Shown here piece after piece: positions 8,916 through 18,080 of a stretch of 64,000 nt of DNA (positions are counted from its first letter, which is position 1; each line of letters starts with the position of its first letter). The notes beneath the pieces were generated by a model that did not search any database, was not told the origin of the DNA, and saw only the letters and a program-made list of their open reading frames with translations. This DNA comes from Candidatus Marinacidobacterales bacterium (GTDB taxonomy: Bacteria; Acidobacteriota; Vicinamibacteria; Marinacidobacterales; SMYC01). Position numbers and translations under genes: made by a program. Location of the stretch: contig OZ250169.1 of assembly GCA_965237955.1 (NCBI GenBank), positions 7,424,001-7,488,000 of the forward strand, in the 5' to 3' direction.

Positions 8916-9509
8916 TCAGCGCGTCAAAGTGAAATCGGCGGTGGTCGCGCCCTTGACCACGACGTCCTGGGTCTGTTTCTTCAGGCGCTCCTGCCAGGCC
9001 GTCAGCTTGTAGGTACCATCGGGAACGTCTTCGATGGTGAAGTTCCCTTCACCGTCGCTAACGGCGAAGTAGGGAGTCTCCACCGCGACCACGTAGGCAA
9101 TCATTCCGGGATGAGGTTTGCAGAGCATGACCGCGGCACACGGTTCGCTGAACGTATACGGCCGCGACTCGGCGGTCGGCCAGAACCCGAGGTCGAACTT
9201 GTCCGCGCACTCGTCTGGTGTGAATACGTTGTGAGCGACCGCATCACTGTTGAGAAATTCCACGGTGGTGCCCACCACCACCGGGAGGATCTTCGGAAGG
9301 AAGACCATTCCTCTTTGGACCATTACCACCGGCTCCTTCGGCGGCGGGAAGGTCTTGCCTTCTATCTTCTCGATGTAGACGACCGCGTCGGCGTTGCTTC
9401 TCAGGCCCTTCAGCGTCACCTTTCCGCTGATCGAGCCCGCCATCACCGTCGAAGCGACGCCGATTGACAGAGCCGTCACCGCCAGTTTGAGAATTTGCTT
9501 TCGCCCCAT
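8916..9509 (-). CDS. Secreted cupredoxin with carboxypeptidase-regulatory-like flanks
   Basis: Signal peptide from MGRKQILK; F.NSD...HNVF and C..H..M (CKPHPGM) type-1 copper ligands. Confidence 0.8.
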   Translation of the reverse strand: MGRKQILKLAVTALSIGVASTVMAGSISGKVTLKGLRSNADAVVYIEKIEGKTFPPPKEPVVMVQRGMVFLPKILPVVVGTTVEFLNSDAVAHNVFTPDECADKFDLGFWPTAESRPYTFSEPCAAVMLCKPHPGMIAYVVAVETPYFAVSDGEGNFTIEDVPDGTYKLTAWQERLKKQTQDVVVKGATTADFTLTR

Positions 9510-9562
9510 AAGGACTCGATTACTTTCGCCGGGGCTGGGTCTTATCGATGAGCCGCCGGCGT

Positions 9563-11062
9563 CTAGAAGGCAAATCTCAGCCGCCATAGGAGCCGGTAGT
9601 CGTCGACTTCGTGACCCCCGATGTTCCGCTGGTACTCGATCAAAGCCTTCACATTCGCTGCGACGAGAGCCGTTCCGTTTACGGTGATGCGCTTGAAGCT
9701 CTCGCTGTCGTGCTCCGATGGGTCCAGCCTCTCGTAACGGAAAGCTCCGTGCAACCACGGGTAGAAGACGTAGTCGAGCTCGGTAAACCATCCTTTGAAG
9801 ATGAAGTCCTCTTCGAACTGGAGCTCGTTTGGCCGACTTACAGAAATTGTTTCGTAAACGGCGAGTGTATCTCGGCCGCGGACGAACCCAGCGATCAGAT
9901 TCAAGTCTCTCCAGTAGATGTTGACGTCGAAGCCGGCACGGGTAAAGGCCTTGTTCTCGACGAAGAGACCACTGTCCTGACCGGTGCCGCGGAACAGGAT
10001 GCCTTCTCCGTCGCCGCGATAACCGAACGCGCCGAGCCGCAAAGATGTCTCGCGCCAGTTCTTCGAGGACTCGACGTAGTCCTCGCCGTCGAGTGAAAGC
10101 CCTCCGAACTTGTACCCCACACGCCCGAAGAAATCCTTGGAGCGGTTCGCGTCCGCCGTCGTTACGCCGGGTCCGATGCCGTTCGAGATGCCTCCCGAGT
10201 AATCGAACCGGCTCTTGACGATCCCATAGACTTCGATGCCGTCTACTCCCGCCGGCAAGGAAGAGACTCCATCGTCTACCGAAATGCTGCCGCCACCCCC
10301 ATGGCCACCCCCATGGCCTCCACCGTGCCCGAAACCGGCCACCTCATCGCTCCCGTGAAAACCGATGGGGTTGAACCCCAACATGGAAACGGGAGTGCTC
10401 TCGGTAAGAAGATAGCCGTGACTGAACTGCTGAGTCATCTCGGGCGTGAACCGGCCGAACTTCGCGTTGAACGCGGTTCCGGATCCGAAGGGGCCGTTGA
10501 AGCGCAGCTCGGCATGCTCGATTCCGACACTGACCTCGGTCTGGCCATCCTCGGTCTCGACGTCGAAGCCCAGGGCGGTGAGAAACGACATGGTCTCCCC
10601 AAAGGTTCCCGCACCGAGAAGCGTGACCCTCTCAGGGAAGCGAAAGTCATGCCCGGTCGTCTCGTCCGCTTCGCCTTCGAACACGAAATCTCCCTCGAAT
10701 GGTTCGACTACGGCGTCCGCATCGTGGAGAGTGACGCCGGTGAGCCGAAAGTCGACGGAGAGCGGTAGGGTGCCGGGAATGTCCGAAGGCCAAACGGCGT
10801 CGGGCCAGACGCGCTTATAGGCATCCTCACCGAGCGGGACCGGCACTTCTTTGACCAAGTCTTCCGTTTCTCCCGGCATACGGTAGCCCCGGAGACGGAA
10901 CGCATTGCCGAAGGGATTCAACTTCGGATAGGCGATGTGACACGTCTGACAGCTCGTCTGGTACTTCCGTGCGAAGGCTGGAATAGCCCAGGCGTCCGTG
11001 CCGACAAGCACGGTAAAGAGCGCAGCGATCAGCGCTCCCGATACGAGGTTTCTCTTACTCAT
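9563..11062 (-). CDS. Outer-membrane beta-barrel with N-terminal monoheme c motif (ExtI-like porin-cytochrome)
   Basis: AIPAFARKYQTSCQTCH...PKLNPFG..F...GY; C-terminal LRFAF; His/Gly loop GHGGGHGGGHGGGG. Confidence 0.8.
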   Translation of the reverse strand: MSKRNLVSGALIAALFTVLVGTDAWAIPAFARKYQTSCQTCHIAYPKLNPFGNAFRLRGYRMPGETEDLVKEVPVPLGEDAYKRVWPDAVWPSDIPGTLPLSVDFRLTGVTLHDADAVVEPFEGDFVFEGEADETTGHDFRFPERVTLLGAGTFGETMSFLTALGFDVETEDGQTEVSVGIEHAELRFNGPFGSGTAFNAKFGRFTPEMTQQFSHGYLLTESTPVSMLGFNPIGFHGSDEVAGFGHGGGHGGGHGGGGSISVDDGVSSLPAGVDGIEVYGIVKSRFDYSGGISNGIGPGVTTADANRSKDFFGRVGYKFGGLSLDGEDYVESSKNWRETSLRLGAFGYRGDGEGILFRGTGQDSGLFVENKAFTRAGFDVNIYWRDLNLIAGFVRGRDTLAVYETISVSRPNELQFEEDFIFKGWFTELDYVFYPWLHGAFRYERLDPSEHDSESFKRITVNGTALVAANVKALIEYQRNIGGHEVDDYRLLWRLRFAF

Positions 11063-11230
11063 CTTACTCTCACTCCTTGTTCCTGCACGCGTGATGGCTC
11101 GACTGCGATGTTTTCGTCCTCACGAGAACCCTCCAATGGACCCTCGCGAGAGAGCCCTCGAAATACTGAGGATGGTACGGAATTTCGGGCGGGTCCACCG
11201 CCGTCTTCTGGGCGAATAATAGCAGATGAT

Positions 11231-13198
11231 TCAGCGCCTATCCTTGAGATTCTCAATGGCTCTTTCCAGGCTTGCGCGGTTGGCCCCATTTTTGACTGCC
11301 CGGTCAACGTCTTTTTCAGCTGCTGTGTCGTCGCCCAGATGCGTGTAGGCCAACGCCCGGTTCATGTAAACCTGGACTAATTGGGGATCGAGCCTGATTG
11401 CGTCATCATAGTCCTGAATGGCACGTTGGTACTGCCCCAGCTTGAAGTAGACACCGCCCCGATTGTTGTAGACCAAGGCGCGTTTGGGGGCCAAGCGAAT
11501 GGATTCGTCATAGTCGACGATGGCTCGCTCGAACTCACCCAGATCGTCGTAGACGATGCCACGGTTGTTGTAGGCTGGTGCATATTGAGGATTTAGACGA
11601 ATTGCTGCGTCATACTCAGCAATGGCTTCCGTATACCTCCGTTGATTTTGAAGCGCCAATCCGGCGCTGAAACGCTTGTCCGCCGTGCTCGAGCTGCTCC
11701 TAGCCAAGTAAACAGGAGCGGTCAGATTATCCACGGGAGCGTAATCGTCCGTAAGCAGGACGAAATTCTGCAAGTTGAGCCAGGATTTAAAGGTAGATTC
11801 CGACATAAACTGGCTGACCGGTTGGCTCCTATTCCGCCTGACAGTCGCGGCCTCAATGTCTGTTGGAGACAGCGCCTGGATGGATCCCACTACCACAAAG
11901 GTGGCTCGACTATCGTCTTCCCATACCCCTGCATCGTCGCGAGCCAAATACACAAATGGGAACGTCTGCTGGAGGGTATGAACGTATGTCCTGAGGAACC
12001 TTCCTGTGTGGAGTTTGTCTATCACGTTAACAGCATAGATGCCATTTTCTTTTAGCAGCGTCCTGACCTGCTCGTTAAACTCTCTAGTGGTGAGATGGTA
12101 TGGAATTGAGATATCGTGGAAGGCGTCGCCGACAACCAAGTCGTATTTCGCAGGCGCGAGTTTTGGTACCACCATACGCGCATCCTGATTGTAGGTCTCG
12201 ATGTGGGTGTCTGGCCGAAGCCCAAGGTAGTCGAACGCCACGCGGGTAACCTCCGGGTCGATTTCAATGACCTCTACGGTACTTTGAGGATAAACCGCCT
12301 CAATATATCGTGGCATCGTGTAACCGCCACCTCCTATGAACAGAACCCGAAGGCTGGGATTGTGTTGAGCTATAAACCCCTCGATCTCCTCTAGAACTTT
12401 CTGGTAGCCGCCTTCTAGAAACGTGGGGTCTTCCAGAGAGACGGAACTGTGCCTCAGCTTATCAAGTTGGAGCACTTTCACTCGCAGGCCTCCTTCGGCT
12501 ATGTCGTCGCTCACCCCTATGCAATAGTAATTGCTCTCGCGCACACAGCCGGAATCGAGGGTTCCGTTTGCGACCCAAAGGCTCCCTAGTGTAACAAAAA
12601 GGGCGATCAAAAAAAAGCTAGGCACCTTGGCTCTCCACAGGTCACCGAATGCCAGAGCCGCGAGGATCAAAACGAGCGCGACCAGGAAGAGGATCGCTCT
12701 TGTCCCAATCCACTGAATCAACACGAAGCCAGTGATGAAAGTCCCAAAGATACTGCCAGTAGTGGACACTGCATAGATCTTCCCCACCACGCTGCCGGTG
12801 TTGGCCAAGTCCTGAAGTCTGAGCTTGATTACCACCGGAGTCACCATCCCCAAGATCAAGCTGGGCAAAAAAAACAGGGTGGTTGTTACAAAAATGATCC
12901 GTGGTATGGCCGACAGCGCATCAAATGCATCCGAAACGACATTTACCAAAGCGAGCACGCTCATGCTGGATGCACCGCCGGCGAGCAGAATGATGCCTAG
13001 GGTTATTCCTGAAGGAAATCGGTCCGCCACTCGACCTCCCAAATAGTTGCCGGCGCTAATTCCGGCCAGAACCACCCCAATGATGCCGGTCCAGGTGTAG
13101 AGCGATACGCCGATTGTCGGGGCGAGGATCCTCGCGGCCACGATCTCTATGATCAATACACAGGCACTAGCTGTAAAAACAACGACGTACGGCTTCAT
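11231..13198 (-). CDS. Fused MFS-like/spermidine synthase with C-terminal TPRs
   Basis: TM N-terminus, VLFIGGGGY, VIEIDPEV, DLVVGDAF, LTDDYAPVD, then TPR repeats. Confidence 0.88.
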   Translation of the reverse strand: MKPYVVVFTASACVLIIEIVAARILAPTIGVSLYTWTGIIGVVLAGISAGNYLGGRVADRFPSGITLGIILLAGGASSMSVLALVNVVSDAFDALSAIPRIIFVTTTLFFLPSLILGMVTPVVIKLRLQDLANTGSVVGKIYAVSTTGSIFGTFITGFVLIQWIGTRAILFLVALVLILAALAFGDLWRAKVPSFFLIALFVTLGSLWVANGTLDSGCVRESNYYCIGVSDDIAEGGLRVKVLQLDKLRHSSVSLEDPTFLEGGYQKVLEEIEGFIAQHNPSLRVLFIGGGGYTMPRYIEAVYPQSTVEVIEIDPEVTRVAFDYLGLRPDTHIETYNQDARMVVPKLAPAKYDLVVGDAFHDISIPYHLTTREFNEQVRTLLKENGIYAVNVIDKLHTGRFLRTYVHTLQQTFPFVYLARDDAGVWEDDSRATFVVVGSIQALSPTDIEAATVRRNRSQPVSQFMSESTFKSWLNLQNFVLLTDDYAPVDNLTAPVYLARSSSSTADKRFSAGLALQNQRRYTEAIAEYDAAIRLNPQYAPAYNNRGIVYDDLGEFERAIVDYDESIRLAPKRALVYNNRGGVYFKLGQYQRAIQDYDDAIRLDPQLVQVYMNRALAYTHLGDDTAAEKDVDRAVKNGANRASLERAIENLKDRR

Positions 13199-13363
13199 AG
13201 AGATCGCGATGTGCAGCCATTTTCCGCCGCCTGTTCCTGGCTCCGTCTCGACTGACCGCGCAGACGATGACCGGCGTCTGTTGTCACTTGCTCTGCGAGG
13301 GCGTCCTCTAACCATGGTCTATTCTCCTTTTGAGATAGGTTGCTGCCCTCGCCCGATCCAAGC

Positions 13364-14773
13364 CTACTCAATCACGAAATCCACTTCCTCCGTCAGCACT
13401 TTCTGGTTCGTGTGGTCCGTGACCTTGATCTTCAGCGTGTAGTTGCCGGGCTCCTTGACGTGCGCGATATTCAGCGGCAAATCGACAATCGTGAGCGCAA
13501 CCGTAGGTGACTGCGCCGAGAAGGGCTTCTCCGCCGTCATGCCCAGCGCTTTGCCTTCACGAAAGAAGGAGGCCTGGAACGTTAGGTTCGGTTGCCCGTT
13601 ATCGAGACCGTAGTTGTACGCGTTGAACACGCCGGCAAGTCGATTCTCGTGTGTATAGACCAGCTCCCGCTTGGGATAGAAGTGATAGCCCCCGAACATG
13701 AAAGCTTCGCCGAGCGCGCCTTTGACTTCGCCGGTCTTCTCGGCCTTCGAGAACATGACGATCGAGGATAGCTTGAACTCTCCGTCTGCGAAGTTGGGGG
13801 CCTCGATGTCGACGATCTTCGACCCAAGGGTCTGAGAGTCGTCGAGCACTCCGATGTACAGTTTGTAGGCTCCCGGCGCGACTTGTTTCATAATCGGTAG
13901 CTCGACGCCGAGGTGGCCCCTCGCGCCTTCCGTGGGATCGACCGCCTGTTCGAATCGGCTGAGGGAAATCCCGCCGGCGTCGTGTAGCTCGTAAAAAATC
14001 GTCGTCTGGCCACCGGAGAAGCCTTCTCCGAAGACGATATCCATTGGTACGTAGACCTCGCCCTCCGAGGCCTGGAAAAAGGCGGTGTTGACCTCGAAGG
14101 GGATCGCGTCGCTCGTCGCTCCCGTGTCGACGAGGACCTTCAAGAGCTGCTCCGGCGTGCCACCAGGACGGCCAGGATCGGGTTTTCTGAGACGGCCGTT
14201 GTCGTCCCGCGCGTAGTCGACGGCTCGGTTCGCAATGTGGCTTTCCTTGACTCTCTCGAGAGCTTCGCGAACGCTCTCTTCGTCGTCGATCCTATGACCG
14301 ATCTGCCCTGCCGGGCGGAACCGAACCGTCAGCCCGTCGGGGATGCCGAGCGCAGCATTGGGCTCGTAACGCCAGTCGAGCCTCGTGAGATTGCCACCCC
14401 CAGATCGCTGCTCGTAGTCCGGGGTCCCCAGGAGGAGAAAGACCTCGCCGTACTCGGATTCTGACCCCTTGCTTCGATCCGAGCCGAAGCGCCCGTCCGC
14501 GTACTCGACGCCCTTCTCGTACGCCTCCCGAAACTCGTTCTCGGGCGTCGTCGGGTCGTGGTCGCGGCGCAACCAGAAGAGCTCCTTGAAGAGGTTGCGG
14601 TCGTCCTTATCGATCTGCTGGAACATCGCCTTTTCCTGCTCCGTGATCAGCGGACCGACTTCCTTTTCCATCCACTTCTGGTCGCGACCGCTGAGCTTGT
14701 CCTGCGCGAAGACGGAGGCAGCGATCAGCACGGCTCCGACGAGGGCGACGGACCGCAATACTTTCTCAAACAT
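13364..14773 (-). CDS. GWxTD-domain-like secreted protein
   Basis: W..KEV..LIT..EK..F, FW.RRD..P.TP.NEF, degenerate GSESEYGEVFLLLGTPD. Confidence 0.75.
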   Translation of the reverse strand: MFEKVLRSVALVGAVLIAASVFAQDKLSGRDQKWMEKEVGPLITEQEKAMFQQIDKDDRNLFKELFWLRRDHDPTTPENEFREAYEKGVEYADGRFGSDRSKGSESEYGEVFLLLGTPDYEQRSGGGNLTRLDWRYEPNAALGIPDGLTVRFRPAGQIGHRIDDEESVREALERVKESHIANRAVDYARDDNGRLRKPDPGRPGGTPEQLLKVLVDTGATSDAIPFEVNTAFFQASEGEVYVPMDIVFGEGFSGGQTTIFYELHDAGGISLSRFEQAVDPTEGARGHLGVELPIMKQVAPGAYKLYIGVLDDSQTLGSKIVDIEAPNFADGEFKLSSIVMFSKAEKTGEVKGALGEAFMFGGYHFYPKRELVYTHENRLAGVFNAYNYGLDNGQPNLTFQASFFREGKALGMTAEKPFSAQSPTVALTIVDLPLNIAHVKEPGNYTLKIKVTDHTNQKVLTEEVDFVIE

Positions 14774-14927
14774 CGAGGTCTTCCTTTCTACCCGAGATCG
14801 GGTTACCATTCCCACGATCGCGCGAGGATAGCGCCTTTCTTGAGGGCTTGGCAAACCGGGGGTTCAGAGCCTCGGCAGGGCCCATGCGATACTGACGAGG
14901 GGTTCCGGATGAAGGCGATGAGCTTTA

Positions 14928-15222
14928 CAGATAGGCATTTCTATCCCGAGGAACAATCCGTGGGAGGGAACAGATTGAAGCAAACTCCCTGCACGCGGGG
15001 CGTTTTGAATTAAATCAAACGCGTTGCGAGGGAACAGAAGGTATCGCGGCGTATGTGTCTTGAACCCGCCGAAACGACCCCTCCACGCCACGATGCCGTC
15101 CCGGCCGCGATGCCTTTTTCTCTCGTAACGCGTTTGATTTAATTCAAAACGCCCCGCGTGCGAGCAATGTGCTTCAATCTAGCCTCCCGCTGATTGTTCC
15201 TCGGGATAGAAATGTCTATCTG
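14928..15222. repeat. Long imperfect inverted repeat (~120-bp arms, ~53-bp spacer)
   Basis: CAGATAGGCATTTCTATCCCGAGGAACAATC...GCACGCGGGGCGTTTTGAATTAAATCAAACGCGTT is mirrored at 15104-15222. Confidence 0.9.
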
Positions 15223-15279
15223 TTCGCCCCGGCACGCCAACGGACCTTGATTTTCCCTATTGATTTTCCGTCGACGAAA

Positions 15280-15450
15280 TAGTCGTACAGACAGCGAAGC
15301 CGCTCGATTTCATCCTCATGTCCATGCCCTTTGTTCCAGTGGCGGGTGGAACGCCTCCGACCACTGGGTGCCCGTGCCATACCTCGACCATCGGATGGCG
15401 GAAAAGCTCTTCCGTCGTCGCGTGCTCCGCTTGCTGAAGAGACACCGCGA
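15280..15450 (+). pseudogene. IS91-family (HUH/Y2) transposase fragment
   Basis: FHPHVHALCSSGGW...EKLFRRRVLRLL. Confidence 0.7.
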
Positions 15451-15480
15451 TGTCGTCTTTTGCGATCGACGAGCAGTTCT

Positions 15481-16509
15481 CTAGCGCGGACCGATGCGGA
15501 CGTTGCGATAAACGGCGCCCACGACCGACTCTTGTCGCTCTTCGATACCGAGCTCGACGTAGAGAGTGCTCGGATCGTAGGCGCGCTCGTAATCCAATCG
15601 GATGATCGATTGTCCGTTCAAGAAGAGGCGGACGACGTGGACTTCGCCTTCGGGACCCCACTCGAGACGCCACTGGTAGACTCTGTCGGGGTTCCAGTTG
15701 AGAAAGTTGAAGCCGGCGTCGTGCTCGTCACCGTTCGCAATCCAGCGCAAGCGCACGAAGGGCGGATTGTGATTCGTATCCAGCTTTTGCACGTGAACGC
15801 GGAAGGGGTTGGTGCGATAGCGACCTTTGGTGGGGTCCCACATACCGAGCAACATGAACTGGTCACCCGCCTTGTTCTGAGCTGCCAGCCCTACGTTTTC
15901 CCACTCGACGAAGCCGTTGGGGATGGAGCCGATCTCGTAGCGGAGGAAGTCCTCTTTCCTTTTGACCCTCCAACCGTCGGAGGTGAACTGGCCACCTCCC
16001 ACCTGTCCGATGGACGTTCCGTTCGTCAGCGGGTCGAAGAGTTCCACAGTTGGGGGTGTCGGCGTGGGTGGCGGGGTCGGCGGGGTCGGCGTGATGTTCG
16101 GGTTCACCTTCATCATCGCCGTGCTCGAAAAGGGACTGCTTTCGGAGTTCAGATGGGCCTGGGCGCGCCAGAAATGCTCTCCAACGTCGAGCGCAATCAC
16201 GACCTTCCAAGAGGCACGGCCGTCGGCGTCTGGGGTGATGAGGCCGGAGGCGGTCACGAGCCCGTCGAAATCGGCGCTGCGAGACACTTGGAACGAACAG
16301 ACCGTTCCATCTACCATGGAGGCCGCCGAAGCCACGAGTCTTGGCCGGCGACCCACTTCGTCGCCCTGAGCCGGGCTCACGATCGTCGGTACCAGCAGGG
16401 CTGGCTCGATCGGCGGCGGCGTCCCGGTCTCCGGTGTCGTCGGGGTTTCGTTCCCGCACCCGGAGAGAATGAAGACCAGCAGGCCCGGAATCAAGTGTGT
16501 GTAGCGCAT
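15481..16509 (-). CDS. Lipoprotein with Ig-like domain, Pro/Thr linker and beta-sandwich C-terminal domain
   Basis: Lipobox LSGC; FQVS...F..., FWRAQA; TPTPPTPPPTPTPP linker. Confidence 0.75.
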   Translation of the reverse strand: MRYTHLIPGLLVFILSGCGNETPTTPETGTPPPIEPALLVPTIVSPAQGDEVGRRPRLVASAASMVDGTVCSFQVSRSADFDGLVTASGLITPDADGRASWKVVIALDVGEHFWRAQAHLNSESSPFSSTAMMKVNPNITPTPPTPPPTPTPPTVELFDPLTNGTSIGQVGGGQFTSDGWRVKRKEDFLRYEIGSIPNGFVEWENVGLAAQNKAGDQFMLLGMWDPTKGRYRTNPFRVHVQKLDTNHNPPFVRLRWIANGDEHDAGFNFLNWNPDRVYQWRLEWGPEGEVHVVRLFLNGQSIIRLDYERAYDPSTLYVELGIEERQESVVGAVYRNVRIGPR

Positions 16510-16718
16510 CGCGGCATCATCCCAATCGAAGTCTCGACAAGTTGAGATTTTCCCTAGACGCTAGCAGATAAACGTCCATAGTTCAAGTACTACTTTAACA
16601 AATGGTGTTAAATTCTATGGAATTTGACGTTTTTGTAGTCTAAATAACACAAAAAACGTCCGAGGCGGGCTGAAACGCGCGTCTCGACCTCGGGGAGTCG
16701 AGTTGGGCCCATCCAGAT

Positions 16719-16797
16719 CTAGCGCGGATCGATGCGACGTTGCGATAAACGGCCCCATAACCGGTTTTTTGCGCTGCTCGACACCGAGCTAGACGTT
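16719..16797 (-). pseudogene. Degenerate copy of the 3' end of the 15481-16509 gene
   Basis: CTAGCGCGGATCGATGCGACGTTGCGATAAACGGC... vs 15481 CTAGCGCGGACCGATGCGGACGTTGCGATAAACGGC... Confidence 0.75.
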
Positions 16798-17142
16798 TGA
16801 CTCAGAAATAGCGCATCCCGTCGCGTCATCCCGCAACGCGCGGTCCGAGCTGCTGTATCCCGTTGTCGAAGAACGGGATCTGAGCCTTTTGGTCGTCCGT
16901 CGGGCTGCCCGTCCAGCCGAGGAGCTGCTCGTAGAGAATGCGGATCTTACGTCTTGAGCCTATCCAGAATGCAATGGAGCCCGGGGCCTCCCCACGTGCG
17001 CTAGGCTCCCAAAACCTCTCATGACGACCCGAGGGAGCTTTCCCGCGTCTCGAGAACATCGACGCGCTCGAGTTCTTGGCACGCGTCATCACGCAGGGCT
17101 GCGACAGTTGGATACCTGTCGGCTGCGTTCCTGGACCTGGAC

Positions 17143-17376
17143 TTGCACACACTCACGGAACCCCAAGAACTGGATTTAGAGAAGTTTGAAACCGAATCGC
17201 GCAACAAGATCGGTCTTATTCCGGAGATTGGAGTCAGACACAGAAGTACCTATTTCGAACATATCTTCAACCACGGACACTCCTCGGAATATTACAGCTA
17301 CATATGGACCGAGGTTCTTGATGCCCATGCCTTTGAAGTATTCGAAGAGAGAGGCCTCAGTGCTCGAACCCGCTGA
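17143..17376 (+). pseudogene. M3 (Dcp-like) peptidase fragment
   Basis: RHRSTYFEHIF..GHSSEYYSYIWTEVLDAHAFEVFEE. Confidence 0.75.
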
Positions 17377-17384
17377 TCCTCGGC

Positions 17385-17625
17385 AAAGGCCAAGGTCATT
17401 CGCAGCACGGACATGGGAAGGACGTGGACCCTCATCAGCCCAGACCTCACCACCAACGACCCCTCAGAAGCAGATGGCGCGCAATCCGGCGGGCTTACGC
17501 TCGACGTCACCGAAGCGTAGAATCACACCACCATCCTCACTATCGCGCCGTCGCCGGTCGAGCGCGGGGTGCTCTGGGTCGGCACGGACGACGGCAACGT
17601 GCAGCTGACGCGTGACGGCGACCCG
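17385..17625 (+). pseudogene. VPS10/BNR-repeat glycosyl-hydrolase-like fragment
   Basis: STDMGRTWTLISPDLTTNDP ... TIAPSPVERGVLWVGTDDGNVQLTRDG. Confidence 0.75.
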
Positions 17626-18080
17626 AGCTCTACGGGAGCTTGCTCTGGCGGTTGCGTGCGCCGCGGCGGTTCATCCAGGTGCTGGCTGGGCCGCGTCAGG
17701 CGGGATAGGTCACGGTCCGACCGGCCGAGAATGCCACGAAGGCCCTCTCAATCACGGGAATAACCGCGTGCGTCGAGTGGGAGCAGACCTCTCATCGTCG
17801 CCCGGTTCCAACACGAGCACCTCCGCCACCGGTCACCTCCACGCGACCCTTCAGGGTCCTCGCGCGGCCAAACCAAGGCCAGAGCCTACCCGGCCCCTCG
17901 CCAAACCGAAGATGCCCCCCCAAATCGTCGCTCAGGAGCAGAGGTCTCCTAGATCCAAGAGAACCCCGAAACTGCCCCCAGTTGGCGCGAGTCGCCGAAG
18001 GCGATTCGAAAGAACCTTCCAAAGCTCCCGCCCCGTGATGCTGTCGTCGGCGTCGAAGAACAAAACGCCGTTCAGCTCCG

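Noticed and set aside
8250-9467. Long + strand ORFs opposite real genes (also 15331-16545, 18468-19568, 61014-62099)
   Set aside because: Antisense shadows of high-GC3 genes with no family motifs
15481-16797. DGR template/variable repeat pair
   Set aside because: Differences are not adenine-specific, include indels, and there is no reverse transcriptase in the window
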